Assembly (NCBI GenBank): GCA_002189035.1
Contig: CM007990.1
Location: 2,232,001 to 2,296,000 of the forward strand
From: Utricularia gibba
Taxonomy: Eukaryota; Plantae; Magnoliophyta
Reading direction: 5' to 3'
Length of the DNA: 64,000 nt
Positions 41,625 to 58,144 of the stretch are shown here, in pieces; the first letter of the stretch is position 1, and the number at the start of each line of letters is the position of its first letter. The notes beneath the pieces were generated by a model. It saw only the letters and a list, made by a program, of their open reading frames with translations. It was not told the origin of the DNA and did no database searches. The position numbers were made by a program, and so were the translations under genes.

Positions 41625-42156
41625 TGTTACGGGTAAAATCGGTATCCGGTGGGAAGCCGATTTAAGGTGATAGATGAGATCGAGAATGTCACACTTAGTC
41701 GCGTTTTTCACGGTTGGTTCAATTGAAGTAAAAGTGAGCGAAGATTTTTACGTGGAAACCGCTGAAAAGCAGAAAAACCACAGAGCTAACGGAGCTCACC
41801 GGGAAAGATTTCCACTAGATGGAGATGGCGAAGAGGGGAATACAAGTTCAAGAATCCTCTTTTTTTTTGTTCAACTTGGCTTTCGTCATAATTCCTTCTA
41901 TTTATAGGAGAGCTCACTCTGACCGAATTCTGACGTCTGCAAATATCGGTTGTTTTCTGCTGTTGCTATACTATCTCGCTTTTCACATATCGGCCGCCTG
42001 TTATGCCGTAATTCGGCCGCTTTTCAGACTGTGTCATATGTCCATACCTATTAGATTTTTGACAGATATCGATCTGTCGACTAGTATTATCCCCTCAGAT
42101 TCTCTTTTGGCAGCCTTTTAGGAACCGATTACCCTTGACCGATTAATCCCCTATCA
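41625..42156. mobile_element. Solo LTR, Tat/Retand-like, 532 bp
   Basis: TGTTACGGGTAAAATCGG...CCGATTAATCCCCTATCA with TG..CA ends. Perfect TSD AGGTT at 41620-41624 and 42157-42161. CTATAAATAG on the minus strand suggests minus orientation. The lineage call rests on terminal sequence style only. Confidence 0.85.
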
Positions 42157-42199
42157 AGGTTGATCTAGAACAAACCCCTTTAAGATTGGTTCACGTTGG

Positions 42200-43600
42200 A
42201 TGTGATCCTCTACTACATCCTCCTAGTTCGTTGGAATTGGTAGCTCTTCATATAATTGAGGTTCAAGGCTCATGACTATGATGCCTTCCATGATTGCTTG
42301 GACTGTTTCCTAAACTACACTAACACTCCCGAAAGGATTGAGAGGTATTAGTGAGAGGGAATACTAGGGGATGGAAACTCTAGTCAAGCATCAGATTGAG
42401 TTGCCCTCATCTTGCATCATCCACATCAAGGTCGAATAACTTACTGTCTAAGAATTTTGATTGCCTACTATGAAGACTAAGGCCACCAAGAAATACACAA
42501 CTACGTATTGCATAAATTTTGATGTTCAGATTGTGGAGATCCATTCCTTCATCTAGGCTAACTCAAGTAGCTATTAGTAACTCCATCTCCAATATAGTTG
42601 TTCCTAGCATCTTCATCCAGCCTTTAGCTAAAATTCCATGTTTGGAAATTTTCGATATTATTGAGCTTGGTTGCCATCTTCTCCTTTTCACTCACTTTCT
42701 CTTCTACTTGTCTAGATACTTCATCCTCTGAGGTTATGTAGTAGGTGATAAGCATGGCTACCTCATGTCTCTCCTTAATGACATTCTCAAACTATGAATT
42801 GGAAAGACGCACCAACTTGAAGCCTTGCCAATTAACTTGGTATGAACATGTAGAATAGGTTAGCAAAGGATCAAATCTAGTAGGGCAAAATAGAGAAGTA
42901 CCTTATGCAAAGACTTGTACATCATATTGATTTTAGATAGAGAATCTCTCATTGTATTCTAAGTGAGGACCAAGGATTTATGAAGATTCACCATAACCCT
43001 CATGTGCTCCGTTCAAGAAAACTCCACATTAGAATTAGGGGTAATATTGGGACAGGAATTCAAATCCATACAACCCAACTTGTTTTGAAGTTCAATTCTC
43101 TCCCTTGTATCTACCAACTTTTCTATAGTATTCCAAAAAGGACATAGTTCAATTTCCTTTCAAGCAAGTTAGGACTTGTGATGCATAGGAAGTGGCAGTT
43201 GTCACCCTAGTTGGCGTAGGAAATGGAAGAGGTGTAACTATCAAGTTTGCAACTTTTCTAACCCCTCAATATTGGCGTAGTTCAATATCTTGATCTGATA
43301 TGCTACCATTGCTGCCTTCCTTTTCTTCAAATCAATTTTGTTCTAACCACTAATCGGCACATACTGATCAACCTATGAGGTGAAGGATTGAGTGAAAAGC
43401 GAAATGATGGAGAAGAGGTATATTTTTCCCTTTTCCACATCTTTAAAGGTCCTTTTTTGGAATCACATGTAGCTTTGGACTTGGGGATGAAAGTTGGTGC
43501 TGCCAAAAAAATCCATGTAAGGTCCTTCAAAAAAGACAAACAGTAAGTATATTAGTATATCTAAAAGGCTAGGACGCTAATAGAGATTATTGCCTACAAG
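42200..43600 (-). mobile_element. Decayed Gypsy (Ogre/Tat-like) gag remnant
   Basis: Broken translation at ~42850-43070 (EHMRV..., LGPHLEYNER, KSLHKVLLYFALLDL) resembles a retrotransposon gag domain. Confidence 0.35.
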
Positions 43601-45099
43601 TTTGAAGGAAGAGGAATTCAAAAAACCTTAGGTGAGGATTGAGTCCTCTAACTATTCATCATGTTTTCATGAGGCTCTTACAACCTATTTGGGCTACTGC
43701 ATGTATCTCCAATAGTGCCTACCACTTTTGAAAGTGCATGATGGATCACAACTCTTCATCATCTTAAAGGCATTGAGAGAGGGAAGAAGCATCATTAAGT
43801 GACAAAAGAAAAATTACTATCAGTCAATGGAGAAATTTTTCATCAATTTCACATCTATGAAGAAGTTACACTCATTACTTTCTAGTGGAGATACCATCAC
43901 CACCACCACGAAACCTACGCATTGGATTGCTTGGCTAGCAAAGTAACTACTCCCAACTTTGAGAGATCTAAGTCATTGTGGGTGTTGATTATGCCCCAAG
44001 CTCATTAGTCCCTTTGGTATACAACATGTGGGTATTATACAACCTAAGAATCTGTCCCAAATTAGAAGTGATGCTTCAGTAAATGGTGAGGATGAGAAAG
44101 GATGTGCAGGTATGGTCCTTCTCTATGGTGATAATGATTCTACATGACTTTTCTTTTCTCACCATCTATTCTGGCCAAATCTTCTATATTAGTGATATGC
44201 TTGCCTATATTAGGGTAGTGGAGCGACCAGTTTCGAGCTGTGGTTCGCCGTGGACTACGATTCAGATTTCAGTTTGGAATTGAATTACGTTATCTTGAAA
44301 CAAACTGAAATCGTAACCGTACGGATGATTTCAGTTCACAACCGGAATAAATAATCTTGAACTGAACTGTAACCGAAACCGGGTGGTTATTGTTTGAGTA
44401 TGTTTTCCAGGCACCCATATGAACCATTGTGGGTATCTGGCAATGAAGTTTTCAACAATTTTTAATTTTGTATGTTTTGATATTAACAAATGATATATTT
44501 AACAATATTAATTTTCATATATCATTGGAATTTATAAAATACTTTAATTTAGAATACTTGGTAAAATACCCCAATAAATTATAAATGAAATCAATAATTT
44601 GTGAATTGATGTGATAATACATAAGATACCTATAAGTTAAATTAAAGAAATAAATGATTAAAATGATAAAATTATCAGAAATTGAAAATACCTATGTCAA
44701 AATTTAATTTTTTGAAATAAATATAACAAGATTACAAATCATATAAAAGAAATAAAAATATTTTTTATATTATTTTACATGTAAAGAGATAGCTTTTATA
44801 TAATATTTTGTAAATATCATGTATTTTTTAAATTAAAATCAAAACATCGTCTATTTCATAAATTTTTTCTAAACTTCATCCATTTTAAAAACGAAGAGTA
44901 AAAAAGATTAAATAGATTAAATTTACAAAATTAGATCACACATTTCATGCATATTTTGCTAAACCATTTTTAGACACCCGTAACAGTTGTTAAGGGTGTT
45001 TGGATAAAATCCTAAGTACCTTAAAGAAGGAATATCTAGAAATTTGACAACCTCAACGATAAAAGGACATGCTGTCTAGACAAACTTAACAGATCTTAT

Positions 45100-46207
45100 T
45101 GATAAACGAAAAATACTGCAATGTCGTTAAATGCAAATTTTTCTATCAAATAAATTTATAACCTAACCCACATTCAAGCATAAAACAATTATGAGCATAG
45201 TGATTAGGGTCGAACACGAAGAGCAGGTGCTTGTCTGATTAGCCAAAGCATGAAATCAGTGTCACGTTGGTAAATTGGTCTTAGTTAGGACTAAGGTCGA
45301 ATTAAAACGAAATATAGTAAAGAAAATTAATAAGTTCTGGAGCTCGGTTGTTTCTAGAATGAAATGGGTGATGCCTTGAGATTCCTAGGGGATGTATGCT
45401 TATCACTAAACAAGCTCACATAAATCGAAAATCATACAACTAACTCACAAGATCTAGGTTTGCCCGGATTCTTGTTTTTCCCCCTAATCTTTGGTCTACC
45501 TCTAATTAAGGTTGTTAGTTAGGTTTCATTACCTCCCCCTCCTGAATCTATCCTGGTTTGCTAAGTAAGTAGTGTGACTTATGATTTATTAGGTCTAAAG
45601 ATGGATTAGCATATTTCTGCTCTCTTCATCCCAAGGCACCCCCCTCTAAGTGGTTAGCTACTCATGACAATGAAAAGTAAAACATTTTCATAGCATATCC
45701 TAAGCAACATCTTGACTACAAATGTTAAACAACAGCGAGCAATATGAAGCAGAGTAGGAAAAACACTTCGTTCACAAAGGAAATCCAAATCTAGTCTTAG
45801 CTAGGAACAGTAAACATGAAGAATGAAAATAATTTCTCAAGAGAAGCTGTGTTCTTTTGGTTCGTCGTCCCCTCCTTCTTCTTCCTCCAGAAAAATCTCC
45901 AAAAACTTGTTCGAGAGTCTCCAATGGGGAGATCTCCCTTTTTTCCTCATTGGATTTTGTGTGTACCAATTTGCAGACTTTTGGACTCATTTTCTGCTAC
46001 TACACTATGCATATTCGGCTCCTTGGGATTTGTGTTGCGACCTGCTCTGCATTACTCAATTTAGTCTTAGATTTAGCAACTAAGACTAAATTGACACTAC
46101 TACGGTAATTATGTGCAAAAATATAAAACTAGGCAATAAAGCATAATTTTTGTAGCACATCATGAGTAAATTCCATACATTGAGTTACTCAAAAATATGT
46201 GTTATCA
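45100..46207 (-). mobile_element. Solo LTR, Athila-like family B copy 2
   Basis: TGATAAACG...GTGTTATCA. Perfect TSD CTTAT at 45095-45099 and 46208-46212. Colinear with 34543-35683. Confidence 0.93.
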
Positions 46208-46299
46208 CTTATGCATGTCCATAAGTGATTAAAGGCACCCTCAGAAATCATTATGAGTGCCTGGGAAGTGATCTCGTGGATCACTATTCATTAGAACAT

Positions 46300-47620
46300 A
46301 TTTTACACGATTAACATGAGAATATAACGAATTTAATCCTAATAACGGCATAATTGTCTTTTGGAAAATCTCAACCACAAAAAACATTACAACTACAATA
46401 TAATTGTTTATAAGAAATAATATTAGAGGTTGCCTCTAACTATGTTATAGGCATGCATAATAATCCTATAAGACATGTCCCTCAATAACATAACTTGGAA
46501 CATTATGAGCAAACTATAACCCTTCAATAAAAGTCCGCATCTTACCATCAACATTTAGTAATGCATCATCTCCATTGGTATGTGAATAAGGGCTTGGAAA
46601 AATAGCATTATTTTCCTAAAAATGCAGGGTTAGTTTTGATATATAACCAAGTTTATGCTAAATGAAAATAGAAAAAATGGCTTACTAGATTTTTATTGAC
46701 TTGTGTGATGAGTCATCAATCAATAGGGTATTGTAACGGTCATATATTGTGTTCAACCCATTATTCACAGCTCAAACACAACTCAACTCTTTCATGTAGA
46801 CCGTGTTGCTAGGATTTTTGTGAACATGTACACCTGTGTCCGTAGTCATCGATTGGTCCCACATGAAAATGAGTTTATCCAATAACGAAGGTTGAGAGAT
46901 GCATTTAGTGATTGTTCGCAGTAGCTCAAAAGAAAGCATTTGTAAGGTATTTGTGAAATTCTAAATACCGAAAAAAAAGATGCGGCACACATACCCGCCA
47001 CTAAATGACCATAAAGCTATATCAAAATTATCCAAACACCACCTAATAACATCACGAGTATATGGATGTAGAAAGACTGCATAAATTATGCCAAAAACTA
47101 TTTATGATATCTCACAAAGTGTTAATACATATAACGCGTAAAAATAAGTTTTGTGTTATGGTACCTGATCAGCCATTGTCTGGAGAGATTCCTTACCTTG
47201 ACCGCCCAGTCCTATATACAATGCCTGCGAGTATACACCCAATGGCACTCAAAGAGGGTCTAGTATACACCCAATGGCTCTCATACCAATCCAACTTATA
47301 GTGAAACTATTCATTCTTCTTTGTTATGAATGCAAATCTATCATTCATATAATTGAGATCATGTGTGTGCTCGTCCCTTTCAACATCATTACCATTCTAT
47401 GTCCTCTCATCTCTAGACTCATCTTCATTCTTCTTAGGTGCTCTAGGATTTTTCAACACAACACACCAATAGCATTTTGTCCTCGGTGCATTTACAAAGG
47501 GTGATAAAATATCACTAACATTCCTTTGCATATTTGAGAAAAGGAGTATGAGGTTTTGTATATCCCTTTTGTGTAAGATATTAGATAATACAATAAGAAT
47601 AGAGAAATAAAAATATTGAA
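46300..47620 (-). mobile_element. CACTA (En/Spm) transposase remnant
   Basis: Minus-strand translation near 47400-47560 (TPFLKYAKEC..YF, YWCVVLKNPR, acidic tail) resembles the DUF4216 end of TnpD. Heavily decayed. Confidence 0.4.
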
Positions 47621-49730
47621 TATTTTTATTAACATTTCTTTTAACTATGCAATGAAAGATTTAACTTTCGCTTTTACTAGATTGCCAGTAATAATTGATG
47701 TTGTTTTCAGGTGGGAAGAGTCGCTCGGTAGAACTGATGCGAACCCAGAGTGTAATCCTAGTTCAAATGTCAATAATTATTCTAATTTTGAGTCACTCGG
47801 ATCTGCAAATGTGGGTAACCAGTGACAGCAACACAAATTTAAAATATGATAAGTGCACCTAATGTGAAAAAAAATGCTATGCAACAAAGTATTCATGCTA
47901 TTCTATCAGAAATTCCATAAAATTGTGTGACTTTTTCTATCATTTTTGCAATCGAAAAACCATTATGTGGTGATGGCCATTTTTGAAAAAATAAAATTTG
48001 TTTTTGCATACACTAAAAATTATCCATCCAAGAATAAGTAATAACAATATAACTTTCATTGTTATAACTTTTCCAACCATCATAAGTTAAATGAAAATTA
48101 CATTGTAGACATTGTTTTTAAAATCCTTAAATACAATATCACACACGATTTTTTTACAAAATTTTTTATACCCTGATTGAGCTTGTTGCAACATGTCATC
48201 AAAAGAAGGTTTTTTTCATTAATGAAAAAGGAAGCTCATTAAATAGAAAATAACACACCATAGTTAGTTGAAAAAGTTTGTAATTAAAAACAAAATTGAA
48301 TAATCTCATACTATTATCACTCCCTAATTTTTTTATTAAAATAATAGCAATAGTTACTTTCAAAACCATTGCTATTCTTTTAATAAAAAAAACATGGCAT
48401 GTGCACACATGACATAACACAGTCACAAGTACATGCACTAGCCGTTGACACTTGGCAACGACTACCAAGCCGAGGTAGCAGTAGAGGTGCAAACCGATCG
48501 CACAAATATATTTTAAATATAACATTTTAAACATAATACTGCTGCAACAATTTGCACATGGGTATTTCAAATGTATACTTATGTTAAGATATGTATTGCG
48601 TTACAAATATGAATGCATTAGTAGCCTTGGCAACATATGACTAGTCTTTGGGATAAACATCTAGATAACAAAGTGTTAATATATATATTTAATTGAACTA
48701 TCGAAATTATTAAACAAATTTGGATAGTTTAATATTTTTTTATTGAGGTAATACATTTTATATTTAATAATTTCTCTGAAATATTATAATATTAATCCAA
48801 TAATTATTCATAATTGTTTACTAAGATTTTTATCTTTTTTAAAAAAAATGACTATTTTTTGGTTTTATATATATTTGTTGAATTTTTTATTTCAAATCGT
48901 ACGGTTCACAGTTTGGAACCATCGGTTCTGCACAAGTCAGAATTGAAGATTCCACGGTTCGAAGTCTCTCAAACTGAACCAAAACCGCATGAAACCGGAA
49001 CCGTACGAATGTAGATCTATTAGAACCGAATCGAAACTGAAATCATCGGTTCTCTCACCTCTATTTTAGAGAAATGAGGCTACCATTGCTCTGACTTCAC
49101 AATGGTGACCTATGGGGTACCCCTGGACCATTGCAAAATACCTATTATTGAGCTCCTATTAGAGTTTCCATGGTGTAGTCCTTAATAGCCATGTCATGTG
49201 GACTCTATAATATGATTTATCTTATCAAACAACTAGCCCTTCCCTTCATGCTTGTTGGATGGAGTTAGTCTCTAAAGATTATCCATAAAGAAATGAAGTT
49301 GTCTTTCCTTCTCCGTAGCAGTAACAATATAGCTATGTGATATCCATGCTTCATTTGGGGTAGTGTGCCAAGAGATAGCATAGGAATGTGATTGTTTCTA
49401 TTGATAATGATGTCTAATAAATGAAGACTTTGCAATATAAGTTATATTTCCCTCTCCTTTCTCTTTTTATTTAAACTTGTTCCAAGCGTAAAGTCACATA
49501 CATCGGAGATGATAGATGGCTCATTGGTATGATAATGGCCTCGGCCCGACCGTACGCCACCAAGTTTGGCGTGGGGGCACACGGCAAGGCATTGCACGGG
49601 TGCACTCTGGATTGGCGTGAAATGGCTTCTTCTTCTGGGATTCGAGGGGCTCGCTCGGGCTGCGCTGCGCACTGCAATTTTGCAATTGGCAGGAAAAGGA
49701 TAACTCTTTTTACTGCACTGGAACGTGGAA

Positions 49731-49762
49731 CCTCTCTCTCTCTCTCTCTGTCTCTCTCTCTT
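49731..49762. repeat. (CT)n microsatellite / GAGA-type element upstream of the BSK gene
   Basis: cctctctctctctctctctgtctctctctctt, about 260-295 bp upstream of the ATG. Confidence 0.8.
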
Positions 49763-50024
49763 CACGTGCCAATTATCATCTGATACCACTGTCGTCCTAC
49801 TCTCTGTCCACACTACCCGCTCCCCTCTGTGTCTCCAAACGGTGACTTTTCTCTTTCCTTCTCCCTCCTCTCTAATCTATCCTATCCGCACGCTTAAGCT
49901 GCGTATCGTAGCCCATCTAAATGCTGTTGTGTTTGTCTTCAAATTTCTGCCTGGACAACGCACTGCAGTTGCGGACACTCTGAGTGCCGTCTTTGTTTAC
50001 TCTGTGGATGTGAAAACGCTCAAC

Positions 50025-53280
<3,256 letters not shown>

Positions 53281-55260
53281 GTAAGACTTGAGAAAATGCC
53301 TCATTCGATCAGCTCAGTTTAAGTTGCTGAAAAAAAAAAAAGAATCATTTGCAATGAAATCGAATGCAGCAGAAACTTGAGAAAATATGTAAATGCAGTC
53401 AGTCTATGGGTTGAATGTGATTTGAGATTGAGACTGAAGGCTTCACGGATGATTCGCTTGTAGTGGATTCTTTACTCTTGTCCTCTGTCCTTTTCACCAA
53501 AATCTAAACACGAAGGCCCTGAAAATTTTAAAGTTTGATGGGAAAAAACTTTTATGGCACCAGAATTACATGACTGATGTGTAAGTGGCTATTATCAGGC
53601 ACAACATTATTTGTCAACGTTCCAAGTTTATACTTTCATGAATCCAAATATTGATACCATGTTTCCAAGGAAATAACATCGCAGAAACATAAGAAACATA
53701 AGAAATATTAGAAACATAAGAAATTATCAGGTACTAGGTTTGGTGGATACAAGAACATAAATTAGAAATGCACGAAGTTAGTTTAGAAACAATCATTAGC
53801 CCTAAAGACTCTTAAAGAACTAAAAACCATCAAAATAGTCAATAGCAATACTTCTTCCCGTGAGACTTGGATCAAAGCCCCTAATCCTCGCTTTTACTTT
53901 CATTTCCTAAAAGGTTTTAGTAGTCAAGATACTATGTAAAGTACATGAAATCAAGAACATGTAAGAAAAACAATAACTCATTCAAAATGCAAGATTATTA
54001 TGAAGCATGGAGATAAAGCAAAGCATTTAACATGTTATGAGTCTTTTAATTATGTAACGATTAACATGCGACCTCGTTAACCTCAATAACTTTGATCTAT
54101 CAACCTCAAAAATCAAGTTCAAGAGATTGTTTTTGCCTCTAACCTTCGGAAATTAGCAAGGGGGTGGCACTAAATTCATCTAATATACTTGATTGTAGCC
54201 CCTTTATTCTTTTGTTGTCATTTCATCTGCCTGTAATCGTTTGGTGGCTATTACACTATGAGGAGTTTCCTCAAAGCACGTTTGACATAAAGGAGTGTGC
54301 ATCTACAACTCACCATAAATTTTCTATTTCGAACAATAATAGTGCACCCCAACTCTTAAACACAACACAATGGTCATGTAAAATATATCATATTTAATAG
54401 ACCTTTTCTTATTTAAAAATTACCTGGCATGTTTCATTTCCAACAAAACAAATCATCAAAATCTGAGCAATCAGAAAAGAGTTATGAATTTTAGAATTTA
54501 GATTCAAAAAAATAATTTTAGATGTTCAACAACTTTAAGAGGTTTTAAGAAAAATTTCATAACTATTTGCTCTTATTTCCAAATCAAACAATTCTTTTTG
54601 AGACATATAAGAAACTCAAAAGGATAACAAAAGTCATTTTTATGAGATTTTAGAATCATATACAGAAAAATCATGAAATCAGAAGTAATCACATAAGCCT
54701 AGATTCACATATAAAACATATATCATAATTTTAGAACCCATCATCCCACCTAACCTCATCCAAATTTGTCTCTGCTATATTCTTACAAAATGTCAGGATT
54801 TTAGCACAGTTCCATGTTTCACATCAAATTAATTTTTACCACTACAAAAATTGTTCACCCAATTCTCTGTTAGCAGGTTCTCTGCATTTTGCTCACATTT
54901 TCCAGCCCCTAGTGTGCTTTTCCTTTACATATATTCTCTTCTTAACCTTAATAAAGCTTATTTGTAATTAATAACAATCAGGTACCTGTCTTCATCTTTC
55001 TAAACCACATGACATATCCCAATTGGAATTCTCTTATGCTTGTTCTTCCACATATAGTTGATGACCTTTAATTTCTTTTATTTCTTTCCAATCCAAGTGA
55101 TCTTGCGTTATAGTATGTTACATATATTTTTTAATGCATTAAAATTTCCAGGGCATTGCAAACATTTGGTGTGCGTTGAACATTTTCAAGAAAAGAAGAA
55201 TGAATGTTGTATTGTTAATTAATTTTTTTCAACATTTCTAGACACCACAAATATGCATAT

Positions 55261-56546
55261 TGATAAATGAAATTTCTTAACATCATTGATAAATGTTCAT
55301 ACCTTTGTATCAAATAAAAAAATATGAAATCTCAACAATGAATAAATGGAAAGATATAAACATTATATATGAATAAATAAATTATGTTTTTTAGGACTCA
55401 CTTAGATGAGTTTTGCATTCTTTTTATCTCAATTTCCCTATGTTTTTATAAGAATTTTATATCTTTCATACCATTTTGATCTTTATGGAGGGAAAGCGTG
55501 TTTTGTGATTTTTCATGACAATTTTGGAATAATTTGGAGGATTTTCGAGTTGATCTTGATGGAGGCAAAGATTTGGTCTATCCGGATGAAGACTTGGTCA
55601 AAGATTCTTGGATAAGATAAGATTCGCATTTTATCTTGGAAAATTTGGATCTTAACCTATAAGATATGTATCAAATCTTAGAAGATTCGGATAGAAGATT
55701 TGATGTGACCCATCAAGAAAGCCCGACAAGTCCCCACTATTATATAAAGATCCAAATGCGAAGATCAAAGGAGAGAGTCAGGAGTGGATGATCAAAGAGT
55801 TAATTTAGGGTTTAGAGTCGAGTCTAGCATATTTTGGATTCCTTTCCTTTTGTTTTTCATCAACTTTTGTTGCTTAGAGTCAAGCATGCGCGTGTGAGCG
55901 CTTGCGGCTGAGGATCTACTATGAAGCCTTGCTTGCGCAAGTTCTGCACGTATGACTGTCTTACTATGTTTTTCAACATTTAATTTGAGGTCTGATTCTG
56001 TTTTTCGCAACGTTTTCTTTACCAACGTGATCTTTAGTACTATATAACCTTAAGAGAGTGTGAGAGAATCAAAGGTTGGCCTCAAGCACCTAAGGAGAAG
56101 GGCTTAATCGGATATCGTTGGTAAGCCACATTATGTCTAATCTGTCTGTGAGGTGAGAGGTGTAGGGGTTAGATTTGGGTGTGGGGAAAACATGTGTTAT
56201 CACAAGAGATGAAATGACTCTGGTGGCGTGGTTGATTCCATAATCCCGAAAAATAAGGGACGGTGCTATAACGGTCACCGAGTAGCACTATTTTAGCATA
56301 ACACCCCCAAAGCTTGCACAAGCAGGTCAGTTTTCAAGATTTGCACACATGCAAGGGCGAGTTTCAAGTAAGGTGGATCTTAGATCCAATGCCACTTTTC
56401 TTATTATCTTCAAAACCAAATCTTTATTTTGTTTTCAGTCTTTTTAAGTCTTTGTATTGAAAAGAAAATTCCAATAACAATTCCCTGTGGATACGATCTT
56501 ATTTTATTATTTCGACGGTTTCTATTTATTTGCAGAATCACCATCA
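55261..56546 (+). mobile_element. Athila-like LTR (a further family)
   Basis: Typical LTR 3' end CAATTCCCTGTGGATACGATC...ACCATCA and LTR-like body. The left end is uncertain and no TSD was found. Confidence 0.65.
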
Positions 56547-58144
56547 GAAATTACAGGGAGTAATACAATGAACATTAAATCTTAATTTTAATGAAGTTTC
56601 ATGAGAAATCTTCAAATTTGAAAGTATAAACTGACTTGAGGCAATCTATATCAACGTGAACTCATTTTTATGATTTTTATCTTGTTAAGTTTCATAAACC
56701 ATGTTACTTACGTTTACCATTTTCTAAAACATATTCCACCTCTTTGGTTGCATAGACTAGTTCTATCGGATTATATTAATCTCCATCCAACAAAATTCAT
56801 CTATGTAACTATATCTCATCTCTAGGTTACATACATTCCCTCTTCTTCCTTAAGGCACCACACAAGTTGCATAGCTACTAATGGTGAAATGAAACAAAAT
56901 AAGTGCAAATATCGAAAAATAAAGAAAAATGATGATGGACAAAAAAATAAAATACCTGTCAAAAATAATGTTTAGATCGAGCAAATATGAGTAAATCAAT
57001 TTCTACTTTTACTATACTATTCGTAGGTATGAATAGTTTCTCCTAGAGGCAATTTCCAATCTTTTCTCTTGGTTAAGATTGGTTCTCTATGTTTTGCTTA
57101 TGGTTCATCTCTCGCCCCTAAAGTGTATTCAATCATTCACTTTGTAATTCCTCATGAAAAGATCTCTTTTTTTTCTTATTAAAGTGTCCTTGGGTGTCAA
57201 GGCCCAAATCCATATATTTATAGATTTAAGTCGTGATGACATTATTCCAGTAAGAATCATAAGGCTATAATATTGTATTACCTCAAATAGAACCCAAATC
57301 TGAGCTTAAGGTTTCAAACGTATGACTATAAATGAGATAAGCAACTGTGTTACTCAAAAAATCATGAAACATCAAGTTAAACACAAGATACTAACATAAG
57401 TCAGAACAAAACATGGTTTGGTTTTCCTACATGACTCCAAACGTAGCTACTTGAGTTCACCAATACACGGCCAAAGTACATGCACATGACACCTTTAAGA
57501 TGGCACTAGCCCTGTTGACACTTCTAAACACATGCAGAAGACACCCAAATTGGCTGACCTCATGACTCCTTACCCTGGGACTTGGATCACAACTCCTAGT
57601 ACTCCCTCTCCCGCACCTAAATTGGTTTTTGACAGTCACGACACTGAAACACATAATAAGACAAGAATGTAGAGCAATCAATGTCATTCCAATGAAAAAC
57701 CATACAAGAAAGGGATCATATAAAACATGAAGCATTTAGCACATATGAGTCTATTAGCTATATGATCATTTATGTGCATGGTTGCACCCTCTTATTCTTA
57801 GTAACCTTAGAAACTAAACATAAGTGGTCCATGTTACATGTAGATTCCTCAACAAAAATAAGCATAGTACGAGTATCGATCTTAGGGAGTTAAGTTTTGT
57901 TAAAAACATTTTATGCTAACCTATTACAAATTGTCACGAGTTTACAAAAAGGGATTTAAAGTACTGGAATACATATTGAACCGTAAGTAATGGACCTTGG
58001 TTAATGGAAATTGTTCCTAGGAATGAGATTCCGTTTCTTTCTTAGTCTCACATTGTCTTGCTTTTCATTGATTTCTTCCAAATGACCAGTTATAGGAGTA
58101 AAAAATAACCTTCTCTCCCTTATATTCTTTTACAAGGAGGCAGC

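Noticed and set aside
47231-47284. Two copies of GTATACACCCAATGGC with a short spacer, superficially CRISPR-like
   Set aside because: Only two units in eukaryotic TE debris and no cas genes; an ordinary local duplication.
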